Source: Bacteriovorax stolpii (GTDB taxonomy: Bacteria > Bdellovibrionota > UBA1018). From it: a stretch of 64,000 nt of DNA. Of the stretch, positions 18,322 to 27,939 are shown in pieces. Made by a program: the position numbers and the translations under genes. The stretch spans positions 959 through 64,958 of the forward strand of contig CAMAQA010000006.1 in assembly GCA_945860415.1 (NCBI GenBank). Direction: 5' to 3'. The number at the start of each line of letters is the position of its first letter. The stretch's first letter is position 1. Below the pieces are notes generated by a model that did no database searches, had not been told where the DNA came from, and saw only the letters and a program-made list of their open reading frames with translations.

Positions 18322-19251
18322 TCAATCGCGATGACCGAACTTGAGTTTCTCTCGAAGCAGCCCGAAGTAGTCGCGTTCCGGCGACGACACGATCTGGAGA
18401 TCGTGCTTCTTGAACCGACGGATGGTGACAAGATCGCCCTCCTTCAGGTCCACGACATCCTGTCCATCGAGGGTCAGGAGCACGTGGCCCGGGCGATGCT
18501 GCAGGCACATCTCCACAACCGAATCATCGCTGATGACCATCGGGCGCTGGGTGAGGGCGTGCGGACAGATGGCCGTGATGACGAGAGCGGGAAGCGAAGG
18601 CTCGAGGATCGGACCTCCGGCTGCAAGCGAATAGGCGGTCGATCCGGTCGGCGTGGAGACAATCACGCCGTCGGCGCGGATCTGGTTCACGTCCTTGCCG
18701 TTGATGCAGACCTGGATGCCGATGATACGGGCGATGGCACCCTTCGAAATGACCGCATCGTTCACGACGGGTCCCTGGAAGACGAGCTTGCCCTGTCGCT
18801 TGACGGTGACTTCGAGCAGCGTGCGCCTGCTGATGATCGGCGCCTTGCCGTTGAGAATCGCCGAAATCGTGGTGGCAGCTTCCGATTTCTTGATCTCGGT
18901 CAGGAATCCGAGCTGGCCCATGTTGATGCCGAGGACCGGAACGCTACGATTCTTCATGAGGCGTGCAATGCTGAGAAAAGTACCGTCGCCACCGAGGACT
19001 ACGATCAGGTCGCAGTGATCGACGAGCTTCGCCTTCGGAATCGCCTTCACTCGCGACTTCTGGATTCCCGGAAGCTTCGAGACACGAGCGGCGAGGGGGC
19101 GGCTTTCGTCAGCGAAGAGCACTTGGCGGCTGCCCGAGCTTCGGCCGTGGGTCAGGACGAATTCGGCAAGCCGGACAGCCAGATCGGCGGCCTGCGCATG
19201 ATGGTGTTTCACGACGAAGCCGACGCGTTTTCCCACGGTTTTCAAGCTCAT
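18322..19251 (-). CDS. nadK: NAD+ kinase
   Basis: CDLIVVLGGDGTFLSIARL... GINMGQLGFLTE, the GGDG motif family. The start was moved to the internal Met (MSLKTVGKRVGFVVKHH); the upstream 140 codons of the track ORF have no homology. Confidence 0.85.
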   Translation of the reverse strand: MSLKTVGKRVGFVVKHHHAQAADLAVRLAEFVLTHGRSSGSRQVLFADESRPLAARVSKLPGIQKSRVKAIPKAKLVDHCDLIVVLGGDGTFLSIARLMKNRSVPVLGINMGQLGFLTEIKKSEAATTISAILNGKAPIISRRTLLEVTVKRQGKLVFQGPVVNDAVISKGAIARIIGIQVCINGKDVNQIRADGVIVSTPTGSTAYSLAAGGPILEPSLPALVITAICPHALTQRPMVISDDSVVEMCLQHRPGHVLLTLDGQDVVDLKEGDLVTIRRFKKHDLQIVSSPERDYFGLLREKLKFGHRD

Positions 19252-19297
19252 GACTTTTAGGATAAGCAATCGGGATCCATTTGGGGAGGGTGATTCC

Positions 19298-20611
19298 ATG
19301 GATTTGTTCATGAACTCGTCAGGCGGTGAGGACGGCGGAAGTCCGGGAAGCCACGCTCCTCTGGCCCACCGCATGCGGCCCCGCGACCTGGACGAGTGGC
19401 TCGGCCATGAGCGGTTGATTGCGCCCGGTCGCCCCCTGCGCCAGTGGATCGATGCCGACCGTGTGCCCTCACTGATCCTGTGGGGTCCTCCCGGCTGTGG
19501 AAAGACGAGTTTCGGCAAGCTCCTCGCGAAGAAGACCCAGTCGCGTTTCGTCATCCTGAGCGCCGTCACGGCCGGAGTGAAGGACCTCAAGGAGAAAGGC
19601 GAGGAGGCTCGCGCGCAGCTCGCGATGTACCGCCGCAAGACGATCGTCTTCATCGATGAAATCCACCGCTTCAACAAATCGCAGCAGGATGCCCTCCTGC
19701 CCTACGTTGAGGAGGGCGCGCTCACGCTGATCGGTGCGACAACGGAAAATCCCTCGTTCGAGCTCAACTCTGCGCTCCTGTCGCGGCTTCGCGTGATTCG
19801 GCTCGAACGGCTGGACGAAGAGGCCCTGGTGAAGCTGCTCGAGCGGGCGCTCGTCGATTCAGAGCGCGGGCTGGGGGGCATCCTGCAGGTCGAGCATGAA
19901 GGGCTCGAGTTCATCGCGAAGTGCTCCGAAGGCGACGCCCGGCGCGCGCTCACGGCGCTCGAAAGCTTGGCCCTGATGGCCGGTTCGCAGAAGCTCCCAC
20001 TCGATGATGTCGTGAAGTTCCTCGGTGACTCGTCGGCACTCACCCGTCAGCCGCTTCCGTACGACAAGTCGGGAGAGGAGCATTACAATGTCGTTTCTGC
20101 GTTCATCAAGAGCATCCGAGAGAATGATCCGCATGCAGGTCTCTACTATCTCGCCCGCATGATCGAAGGAGGCGAGGACCCGATCTTTATCGCGCGCCGG
20201 CTCGTGATCTTCGCGTCGGAGGACGTCGGCAACGCTGATCCGCGAGGTCTGCAGGTGGCGATTGCGGCCAAGGATGCCGTGGAGTTCATCGGAATGCCGG
20301 AAGGACGCATTCCTCTCGCGCAGGCGGTGACCTACCTCGCGCTCGCTCCCAAGAGCCGCGCTTCGTATGAGGGTATTGGTGCGGCGCTCTCGGAGGTGCA
20401 GTCGTCAGGCGCCCAGCCCGTCCCCATGCATCTGCGAAACGCCGTCACGAAGGTCATGAAAGAAGAGGGATACGGCGCGGGCTACGGAAAAATCCGTTCG
20501 CACCTTCCTGAAAAGCTCATTGGAAAACAGTTTTACGGACCCACGGAAAATGGGCTCGAAAGACAAATGAAGGAAAAACTCGAGCGGTTAAATCCGAGTT
20601 TTGACTCCTGA
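19298..20611 (+). CDS. rarA: Replication-associated recombination protein A (MgsA/RarA AAA+ ATPase)
   Basis: LILWGPPGCGKTSFGKLLA (Walker A), IVFIDEIHRFNKSQQDALLPYVE, and a C-terminal MgsA domain. Confidence 0.9.
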   Translation: MDLFMNSSGGEDGGSPGSHAPLAHRMRPRDLDEWLGHERLIAPGRPLRQWIDADRVPSLILWGPPGCGKTSFGKLLAKKTQSRFVILSAVTAGVKDLKEKGEEARAQLAMYRRKTIVFIDEIHRFNKSQQDALLPYVEEGALTLIGATTENPSFELNSALLSRLRVIRLERLDEEALVKLLERALVDSERGLGGILQVEHEGLEFIAKCSEGDARRALTALESLALMAGSQKLPLDDVVKFLGDSSALTRQPLPYDKSGEEHYNVVSAFIKSIRENDPHAGLYYLARMIEGGEDPIFIARRLVIFASEDVGNADPRGLQVAIAAKDAVEFIGMPEGRIPLAQAVTYLALAPKSRASYEGIGAALSEVQSSGAQPVPMHLRNAVTKVMKEEGYGAGYGKIRSHLPEKLIGKQFYGPTENGLERQMKEKLERLNPSFDS

Positions 20612-20612
20612 A

Positions 20613-22346
20613 TCAGGGAGTGGGCTGGAACGCCTCCGGAACGACCGCCATTGGCCGAGCCATCTGTAGAGTGTGCTTGAGCCAGCTTCGCATCAGCTCG
20701 GCACCACGCTCGACCTGCTGCCAGGCCACGGCGGTTTCGCGGCTGACCTCGGCGATGTGTTCGCCATCGAGATTGTGCATCATGACCTTCAGCAGCGTCG
20801 AAAAGCCTGCCAGGTGCTCGTCGGCCTTTGCGAGGCGATCGACCAGGGTCTGGAGCTCGAGGATGCGCTTGCCCCTCGACTCGAGGTCTTCACGATCCTC
20901 GATGGACATGATCTTGGACGACTTCAGCGCCACGGCCCGCTGGTGGAGCTCGCGTGCGCTTCGAACCGCCTCGCGGCTGACCCGCAGGAGTACCGACGAC
21001 GACTCATCCAGAGCGCGAAGTTCCTGCAGTAGTACCGGGCGGATCGCTGCACGCGTGAGTTCCGAACCTTCGGCTGCGGTCCAGCCGCAGTACCAGAGGC
21101 GTGCAATCTGGCCATTGACCACTGCGAGCCAGTCCCTCGGTGCAAGTGGGCGTGTGAACTCGCTCTCGTAGGTCACGCCGCCGCCGTCGTCAGATGGGCG
21201 AATTCGCGAAATACGCAGGTCGATCCAATCGGAGAGGCCGCCAAACCCGAGGCTCTGGAGGTGTTGTTCGAAATTCCGGCTGCGGCGATGAGACCATTCG
21301 AAATGCAGGTAGGACCATGCGGCGTAGGCGGCCTCCGGAACGACAGGTACCGAGAGGTCGGTTGGATGCAGAAAAAGATGGCCGTTGCCATAGGCGGCAC
21401 CGGTGAAATCCGGTGAATGCTCGCGACAGACCTGCAGTGCCCGGGTTCCGAGAATGGAAGACAGGTTTGCAGGCAGGCCGTCTCCAGTAATGATCCAGTC
21501 ACATTGCGTGATGCAGTCGACCCAGAGATCGAGATCTGTCTCACCAACGAGGTTCAGCACGCGCTTTTCGGTGATGGTTGCTCCTGCAGCCTTCATTGCG
21601 TCGCGAGCGAGCTCGCGACGGCTCTCCTCGCCGAGAAGGACAAGCTGGATCTCGGGATGCCGCTCGGTCGTCAGCTCGATCAGGCGTGCCCATTGGCGAG
21701 CGTTCCAGAAATGATCGACCTGGATTCCCACCCAGGTGCGGCTCGGATCCAGAAGCTTGTCTCCAGCGGTGCGAAGCGAAGTGAAGAAGTCCTTGCCCGT
21801 GACCGGCTGGTTTCCTGCATCGATCGGATCGCCGTGGCGGACCTGAAGGGCGGTCAGAAGCTGGGTCGTCAGGATGTCCACTAGGTGGATGTTCTGCGGA
21901 ACTCCCTGCTGGATGAAGGCATGGATGAACTGGCTCCAGCCGTCGCCACTCGAGAAGTCGAGATCGGCTCGCCGCGTGTAGCCGAGGCGGTGCTGCGCCG
22001 GAAGCAGCGCGGAGAGAAAGCTGCTCGAGTCATTGAAGGTCCAGTTGGCAAGGATGTTCCATTGGGTGCCGGCAAGGCGGGCGATGGCCTGTGCGGCTTC
22101 CGGAAGAAGGTCTTCGGTGAGCTTCGCGCCTGCGTTGATCGGGTTTGCCCAGCGAGCGATGGGCAGTGCCACGACGTCCTCGAGCCAGCTCACCTCGGCC
22201 GGAATTCCGGCATGCTCCTCGCGGCAGACCAAGGTGATTTCCATCGCGGGATACAGCTGTTTTGCAGCCTTCAGCGCGATGAGCGATTGGAGGATTTCAG
22301 TGCCCCCACCGAGCTGGAGGACCACGCAGGAAACGGGGTCTTTCAT
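20613..22346 (-). CDS. GT9-family glycosyltransferase (heptosyltransferase-like) with an extra C-terminal domain of about 250 aa
   Basis: N-terminal VLQLGGGTEILQSLIALKAAKQLYPAMEITLV and the second Rossmann half look like GT9. Residues about 330-577 have no match and include a coiled coil. GGAGG lies 7 nt upstream of the ATG. Confidence 0.6.
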   Translation of the reverse strand: MKDPVSCVVLQLGGGTEILQSLIALKAAKQLYPAMEITLVCREEHAGIPAEVSWLEDVVALPIARWANPINAGAKLTEDLLPEAAQAIARLAGTQWNILANWTFNDSSSFLSALLPAQHRLGYTRRADLDFSSGDGWSQFIHAFIQQGVPQNIHLVDILTTQLLTALQVRHGDPIDAGNQPVTGKDFFTSLRTAGDKLLDPSRTWVGIQVDHFWNARQWARLIELTTERHPEIQLVLLGEESRRELARDAMKAAGATITEKRVLNLVGETDLDLWVDCITQCDWIITGDGLPANLSSILGTRALQVCREHSPDFTGAAYGNGHLFLHPTDLSVPVVPEAAYAAWSYLHFEWSHRRSRNFEQHLQSLGFGGLSDWIDLRISRIRPSDDGGGVTYESEFTRPLAPRDWLAVVNGQIARLWYCGWTAAEGSELTRAAIRPVLLQELRALDESSSVLLRVSREAVRSARELHQRAVALKSSKIMSIEDREDLESRGKRILELQTLVDRLAKADEHLAGFSTLLKVMMHNLDGEHIAEVSRETAVAWQQVERGAELMRSWLKHTLQMARPMAVVPEAFQPTP

Positions 22347-22449
22347 TCAACCGCCTCCGTGTGTTTCGTCGCAGTCTGATTCAGGTCCTGCTCTTCCTCG
22401 GCAATCGTCCGAAGAAAGGCGAGAAGCAGTGTTTCGACGTCAGCTTCGG

Positions 22450-23484
22450 TCATGCACGACTCCTGCTGGGTTGTGCGGCATTGGACTGGGCCGTGGCATA
22501 GCGTTCAATAAGCTTGGAAAGCTCGGTGGCCCCGGTATGCGTCGGCTGAATCTGGAGGATGCGAATGACCGTGCTCCGGGCCTCGTCGATCCTGCCGAGA
22601 TGAAACTGCAGGCCGGCAAGACTGTAGAGAAGATTGGCGTTCACGGGAGCGATCTGGACGTAGTCACCCAGGATCCGAGCCGCCGTGGCGTAGCTTTTGA
22701 TCTCGTAGGCGCACTTCACGAGATGGTAGATAGCGTTGGGCTGGTCGAGCTCGATCTGGAGCGACCTCGCGAACTGATCGTGTGCCTCGCGCTTGCGTCC
22801 TTCCGCGAGATAGGCGGCACCGAGGCCCGAGAGTGCGCGCGAATTGGCCGCGTTCGCCACGAGTGCATCCTCGAAAAAACGCTGTGCATCGCGCAGGCGT
22901 CCGGCCTGGAGACACAGGGCGCCGAGATTCGAGGAGATCTGGTCGCTCGTCGGGTCAATGGCCAGTGCACGCTTGTAATGATGCTCGGCCTTTTCCGTGC
23001 GCTGGGCGCGCATCCAGCAGTTTCCACAGGCCTTGTGGATTTCAAAACGCGTGGCAGGTGGAAGTTCGCGAAGGTTCAGCGAACGTTCGAGAGCATCTGC
23101 CGCAGCGGCATCATTCTTCGAGCGGATCTCGAGCATCGCCAGGCAGCGATAGGCCTCGAGGTGGGGCTCATAGGCGATGGCATCCTGGTAGGATCTCCGG
23201 GCCTTTGCAGCCTGTCCGTCCGTTTCGTAGGTCTGTCCGAGAGTGCGAAGGGCCCAGCCAACGAAGGTTCCGCTCCGGATCATCGCAATCAGGATGTTCC
23301 TGGCCAGCATGATGTCGCCGGCGGCAATCAGCATCTCTGCGCTCGAGCGAAGCTCATCGGAATCGGGTGAAAACGGCACGGCTTCGTTGCGAGTGACGGC
23401 TCCGGGCACGCCGGCAAACGAAGTGGTCTGAATCTGCTGGAGAAGTTCATCCACGGTGGGGGTGCGATTGAAATCGAGGCTCAT
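22450..23484 (-). CDS. TPR-repeat protein
   Basis: Multiple 34-aa TPR-like repeats (AYLAEGRKREAHDQFARSLQI...). Its ATG overlaps the stop of the upstream FlgN-like gene (ATGA). Confidence 0.6.
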   Translation of the reverse strand: MSLDFNRTPTVDELLQQIQTTSFAGVPGAVTRNEAVPFSPDSDELRSSAEMLIAAGDIMLARNILIAMIRSGTFVGWALRTLGQTYETDGQAAKARRSYQDAIAYEPHLEAYRCLAMLEIRSKNDAAAADALERSLNLRELPPATRFEIHKACGNCWMRAQRTEKAEHHYKRALAIDPTSDQISSNLGALCLQAGRLRDAQRFFEDALVANAANSRALSGLGAAYLAEGRKREAHDQFARSLQIELDQPNAIYHLVKCAYEIKSYATAARILGDYVQIAPVNANLLYSLAGLQFHLGRIDEARSTVIRILQIQPTHTGATELSKLIERYATAQSNAAQPSRSRA

Positions 23485-23924
23485 AGTGTCTGGTCCAACC
23501 CTTCTCCCTGGTCGGGCATCCACTGGCTCTTGAATTTCGAGAGCTTGTCGCGAAGTCGACCATGATCCTGGATCTCGCGGGCAAGCCCCTGCCGTGCGGA
23601 ATCGATGATCAGGATGATCCTGGCATCCAGCTCTTGCAGGCTACGGGCGAGATCCTGGTGCTGCACAATGATTTCGCGAACGGAACTATTCCACTCGGGC
23701 GAGTGGGAGAGGTGCGGAGAGAGCTCGTTGATGCGGCGGTCGATCAGTTCGATGGCCCGGAATGCGTCTTCGCGCCTGCGGTCGAAGTCAGCAATGAGCC
23801 CGGGCAACGGGCCCTGGGCGGACTCCGCCAACTCGAGGAAGCTCCTCGAAATGTCCACCAGCTGCACGAGGCAGCGCGATTTGCCCCTGAGAAGGGCATG
23901 CACGTCTTTTTGCACATCCATATG
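23481..23924 (-). CDS. Hypothetical protein downstream of fliS (FlgN/FliT-like position, alpha-helical)
   Basis: Placed by synteny only (fliD-fliS-X). Internal Met start MDVQKDVHALL chosen because the TTG-extended track ORF overlaps fliS by 73 nt. Confidence 0.45.
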   Translation of the reverse strand, partial: HMDVQKDVHALLRGKSRCLVQLVDISRSFLELAESAQGPLPGLIADFDRRREDAFRAIELIDRRINELSPHLSHSPEWNSSVREIIVQHQDLARSLQELDARIILIIDSARQGLAREIQDHGRLRDKLSKFKSQWMPDQGEGLDQTL

Positions 23925-23944
23925 CAATTCCGTACGCCGTTTCG

Positions 23945-24364
23945 TCAGCCCGACAATCCATTCGGGCCATTGTTCTGGGGCTGTCCTCGGTTGACCTGAT
24001 CTACGGCCACCCGCCAACCCTCCAAAAGAGTCTCCATCAGTTTCTGGACGTGTTGCAATGGCTCTTTTTTGTTTTCGAGGTTGGCCTTGATCAGCTGTTC
24101 CGACATGAACATGTAGAGGCGCTCGAGATTCTTGGCGATTTCGCCTCCGGTCTCGAAGTCCAGCGTGTTGTTCAGCTCGTTCACGATGTCATGGGCCTTG
24201 ACGATGGCCATGCCCTTGCCTGGAACGTCATTGCGGTCGATGCACTCCGCCGCTTTTTTGACGTTCCGTATGGCTGATTCGTACAGCATGATCAGGATTT
24301 GTCCGCGGTTGGCGGTTTTGACGGAAGTCTGCTTGTATTGGTTCGCTCCAAAATTGCCTGCCAT
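23945..24364 (-). CDS. fliS: Flagellar export chaperone FliS
   Basis: YKQTSVKTANRGQILIMLYESAIRNVKKA...LERLYMFMSEQLIKAN matches the FliS family pattern. Confidence 0.9.
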   Translation of the reverse strand: MAGNFGANQYKQTSVKTANRGQILIMLYESAIRNVKKAAECIDRNDVPGKGMAIVKAHDIVNELNNTLDFETGGEIAKNLERLYMFMSEQLIKANLENKKEPLQHVQKLMETLLEGWRVAVDQVNRGQPQNNGPNGLSG

Positions 24365-24407
24365 GCTGGTTCCTTTCAGTTCGTGTTCAATGCCCCGTTA
24401 ATTCCGT

Positions 24408-25808
24408 TCATCCCAGGAGTTGTCCGATCATGCCGCCGCCGCCTCCTCCTCCGAGCGTCGCCTGGAGGTACTGCCCCTGGCGCTGCATGGAGGAGAGGGT
24501 GCCCTGCAGTCGCGAGAACTGGTCGGTCACCGCCTGGATACGGCGTTCAATGTTCCGGTTCTTCATGTCGATCTGGCCGTCGATCTGCTTGATTCGCTGG
24601 CGCATTCCCGCCTCGCGGTTCGCCAGCAGGCCATCGCCCGTCCGAATGTACCCGTCGAGTGCACGTGCCATCGACTGCCCGAAGCCATTCGGGCCCGTGA
24701 TGGCCTGGCCGAGTCCCTCGAAGTCACGCTCGAGCTCTTTCTTGAACTTGTCTTCCTTGAAGGTCAGGAGGCCGTTCTTCTCGAACTCCACCCCGATCTG
24801 GCTGAGCTGGTAGGTCTTGATGACATCGCCTTCCTCGTCCACCACGGGCAGTGGCTTGTGGATGAGGTTTCGAAGCTGGAACTCGATGTTCTGGAGCGAG
24901 GTGTCGCCCGCGAAAGTAGTCCTGGTATCGGTATTCTGGTCGACCTGGTTCTGCTTGTTGATGAACTCCAGGATCTTGTTGACCTCTTCGACCAGGCCCT
25001 TCACCTTGCCGGCCACCTTCGAGTAGTCCTCGCTGATGGTCATGGTGAACGGGGCTCCCGGCTTTGCCGCCTTGAGCTCGACGCTCACGCCCGTCAGGAA
25101 ATCCGGAACCTGGTTGCCTTCCGTCTCGATCGCGAATCCGTCGATGTACAGCATGGAATTCTGGGCGTCGTGATTGTCCTCGATATAGAAGTCCTGCTTG
25201 CCATCCAAAAAATAGAACTGGGGAAACTCGATCGCATCGTCGGCGCCGTCATTCTTGGCGGAGATCAGCAGTCTCCATGGACGATCCGGATCCGTGCCAT
25301 CCTTGACGACTGAAGCCTTCACGGGAGCTTCGCTCTGGCGATTGATCAAGGTCGCGATCCCGCGCAGGCTCGCATTGTTCTCCTCGACCAGGATCTCCGT
25401 TGTTTCTCCATTCTCGAGATTCATCCGGATATAGCCCATTCCCAGCGATTTTTCTTCGGCGTCCTCGACTGGATTCGAGATGATCGAGCTCCGTTCAGCG
25501 AGCTCCGAAACTTCCAGCGTATAGGTTCCGGGCTCGGCCTTCTCCTTGTCGAGCGAGACGCCCATCAAGTTCGCGCCTTCTCCCAGATCCACCTTCAGCT
25601 CGCGGAATTTCCTGAAGTCGGTGAACTCGCTGATGGCTTTGCTGATGCCGCCGAACTTGGACTTGAAGTCCTGGAAAAGCTTCAGGCGTGCCTCTTCGTT
25701 GGCCTTTCGTGCTTCGAGCGCCTTTACCGGCTGTTTCTCCGCCTCGATCATGGCCTGGACTGCCTGCTTGAATTGGCCTCCCCCGACGGGGTCAAAACGC
25801 AAACCCAT
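24408..25808 (-). CDS. fliD: Flagellar filament cap protein FliD
   Basis: N- and C-terminal coiled-coil FliD segments (..KQPVKALEARKANEEARLKLFQDFKSKF.. ; ..RIQAVTDQFSRLQGTLSSMQRQGQYLQ..); 466 aa. Confidence 0.85.
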   Translation of the reverse strand: MGLRFDPVGGGQFKQAVQAMIEAEKQPVKALEARKANEEARLKLFQDFKSKFGGISKAISEFTDFRKFRELKVDLGEGANLMGVSLDKEKAEPGTYTLEVSELAERSSIISNPVEDAEEKSLGMGYIRMNLENGETTEILVEENNASLRGIATLINRQSEAPVKASVVKDGTDPDRPWRLLISAKNDGADDAIEFPQFYFLDGKQDFYIEDNHDAQNSMLYIDGFAIETEGNQVPDFLTGVSVELKAAKPGAPFTMTISEDYSKVAGKVKGLVEEVNKILEFINKQNQVDQNTDTRTTFAGDTSLQNIEFQLRNLIHKPLPVVDEEGDVIKTYQLSQIGVEFEKNGLLTFKEDKFKKELERDFEGLGQAITGPNGFGQSMARALDGYIRTGDGLLANREAGMRQRIKQIDGQIDMKNRNIERRIQAVTDQFSRLQGTLSSMQRQGQYLQATLGGGGGGGMIGQLLG

Positions 25809-25843
25809 GCTCCGATCAGTATCCTACGGAGAAGAAGCCGGGT

Positions 25844-27910
25844 TCAATCGGCAGAGGTTGCCGGGGTGCCCAGCGAGGAAGTGGGCAACGGAGCGGGACT
25901 CCACTCGACCACTTCGGCGTTGCGAATGGTGAGTGCGCGAAGGTCGCGGCTCCAGGTTCCATCACGGACGGTGATCTTTCCGGTGACTCCGGCAGTGTCA
26001 CGAATTTGTCGGATCCGTGCCGCCACCTTCATGCGATCGACGCTGGAGGACGATGACTCGGCGGCGACGATCCTCGCCAGGATCGAGGTGGTATCGAAGG
26101 CCGTTGCTTCGATGCTCGATGCCTCGATGCCGAAGGTTCCTCGAAACTTTTGTGAAAAATCGCGTACCGAGGCGGAGCCGGCCTTGGAGAAGTAGGAATC
26201 CATGAAGATGGCCGACTCGCCGGACTTGTCTGCACGTTGAAGAAACTCGGACGAGTTCCAGGCGGAGATACCCAGGACCTTCAAGGAATCAATGTCTCGA
26301 TAGGCGAACGTCGGAAGCACCAGGCTTGCAGCCTTGGGCTCGTCAGGAATGAACACCGCATCGAAGTTCACGATGGGCACCAGCCCATAATACTTTTCGG
26401 TCCGACGATTGCGCTTCTTGATCTGGTCGCGCTCCCGGACGCGGGCGAGCTCCACGAGCTCGCGCTTGCGCGAGTCGGTGTAGAAGAGGCCGGCCAGTCG
26501 ATCGATGGGCTTGCGGAAATCGGTTTCGCCCGGGTCATAGGTTTCGTAGGCAGTGATCGAGCCGCCGAGCTCTTCGACGGCGTTCCAGAACTCGCGGCTG
26601 TACTCTTCACCGAAGCGGTCCCTGGGAGCGAGGATCGCGAATCTCGTCAGCCCCATCTTCTCGATGGCGTGACGGGCAAGCTCGGCCGTCTGCATCTTCG
26701 GCGTGACGGCCGCCTGCGTGCTGAATTCACCGAGAGTTCCTGACTGCTGGGCAAGAGAGACGAGCGGAATCGAAAGCTCCTCGGCGCGTTGGATGACGGC
26801 ATCAGCCCCCTTGCTGAGGATCGGCCCGAGGACAGCTGCCACGCGGTGCTCGGAATGCAGGCGCTCCAATGCGCGGACCGCCGTCTCCGCATCTTCTCCG
26901 CTGTCCTCGATCACGAGCTGAACCTTGAGGTCGGGATTCGGTCCGAATACTCCGGTGGCGAGCGAGGCGGCCTGGATGATTTTTTGGCTGATGCGTGAAA
27001 ATCGACCAGACTGGGGAATCAGCAGCCCGATCGACAGGTCTCCGCTGATCACCGCCTGTCTCATTCCACGAAGCAGGGCCTGGGCATCCGAAGCCTTGGG
27101 GCTGTTCGGATGGATCCTTAGAAAATCGCGCAGCTGATCGCGTGCTTCCATGGTCTTTCGTTGTTCGACGAGAAACTCGATAGACCTGAACTGCACGCGG
27201 TCGCTAAAGCTGGAAGGTTCGGCTGCCTTGTCGAGCTCTCTCAGCTGCTCGCGCGAATCCATCGCGGCAAGGAGCCTCTCGACATTGCTCAGGATGTTTT
27301 CCAGCGATATCCGGAGCTCGTCGCGGCGGCGATCCAGCGTGATCCAGGTGGAAAGAGCCTCGCGCAGATTGCCTTGTTTTTCGTGGCATCTGGAGCGGAG
27401 CAGGAAGTACTTGAGGCGATTGGGAGCATCCAGTGATTCCGGGTCAATCGCCTGTAGCTCGCGCGTTGCGTCCTGCAGCTTTCCGGCATCGAGCAGGGCT
27501 GCTGCAAAATTGTAGCGGACGTAGGACTTCCAGTTTCGGTCTCCGAGCAGTGCGTCCGGCGCCCGGGCCAGCGCAGCCTGGAAGCATTCGGCCGCACGAG
27601 AGGCGTCGCGGGTCAGCAGATGGGCGAGCCCCTTGAGGTTCAATACTTCGGGAAGGCGGACACTGGTCGGAAAATCCCGTTCAAAGGCAGTAGCGCGTTC
27701 AATGACCAGGGAGTAGGCTGACCGTCCGTAAAGGGACTGCACTTCGAGGAATCGTTCACGGTCACCATCCTGCACGGATGTCTTCGCCGTAGCGCCGGAA
27801 AGGACCTCGTCCGAAGGCGAGGCTGAGGTCAGTGGCGCGAAAAGGAGCAATGCAAGGTGAGTGGCCGCAAGGACCGCCACCCGGTGACTCAGGACGGGAC
27901 GAGGAACCAT
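25844..27910 (-). CDS. Periplasmic TPR plus type-I periplasmic-binding-fold protein (LpoA/LppC-like)
   Basis: Signal peptide, N-terminal TPR region, C-terminal Leu/Ile/Val-binding-protein-like fold; 688 aa, similar in architecture to LpoA. Confidence 0.5.
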   Translation of the reverse strand: MVPRPVLSHRVAVLAATHLALLLFAPLTSASPSDEVLSGATAKTSVQDGDRERFLEVQSLYGRSAYSLVIERATAFERDFPTSVRLPEVLNLKGLAHLLTRDASRAAECFQAALARAPDALLGDRNWKSYVRYNFAAALLDAGKLQDATRELQAIDPESLDAPNRLKYFLLRSRCHEKQGNLREALSTWITLDRRRDELRISLENILSNVERLLAAMDSREQLRELDKAAEPSSFSDRVQFRSIEFLVEQRKTMEARDQLRDFLRIHPNSPKASDAQALLRGMRQAVISGDLSIGLLIPQSGRFSRISQKIIQAASLATGVFGPNPDLKVQLVIEDSGEDAETAVRALERLHSEHRVAAVLGPILSKGADAVIQRAEELSIPLVSLAQQSGTLGEFSTQAAVTPKMQTAELARHAIEKMGLTRFAILAPRDRFGEEYSREFWNAVEELGGSITAYETYDPGETDFRKPIDRLAGLFYTDSRKRELVELARVRERDQIKKRNRRTEKYYGLVPIVNFDAVFIPDEPKAASLVLPTFAYRDIDSLKVLGISAWNSSEFLQRADKSGESAIFMDSYFSKAGSASVRDFSQKFRGTFGIEASSIEATAFDTTSILARIVAAESSSSSVDRMKVAARIRQIRDTAGVTGKITVRDGTWSRDLRALTIRNAEVVEWSPAPLPTSSLGTPATSAD

Positions 27911-27939
27911 ACTCCTCGTTTTCGCCCCTTTCGCAGACT

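Noticed and set aside
18316-19260. 314-aa plus-strand ORF antisense to nadK
   Set aside because: It lies entirely within the well-conserved NAD kinase gene on the opposite strand. It has an Arg/Asp/His-rich, low-complexity composition, which is typical of GC-rich shadow frames.
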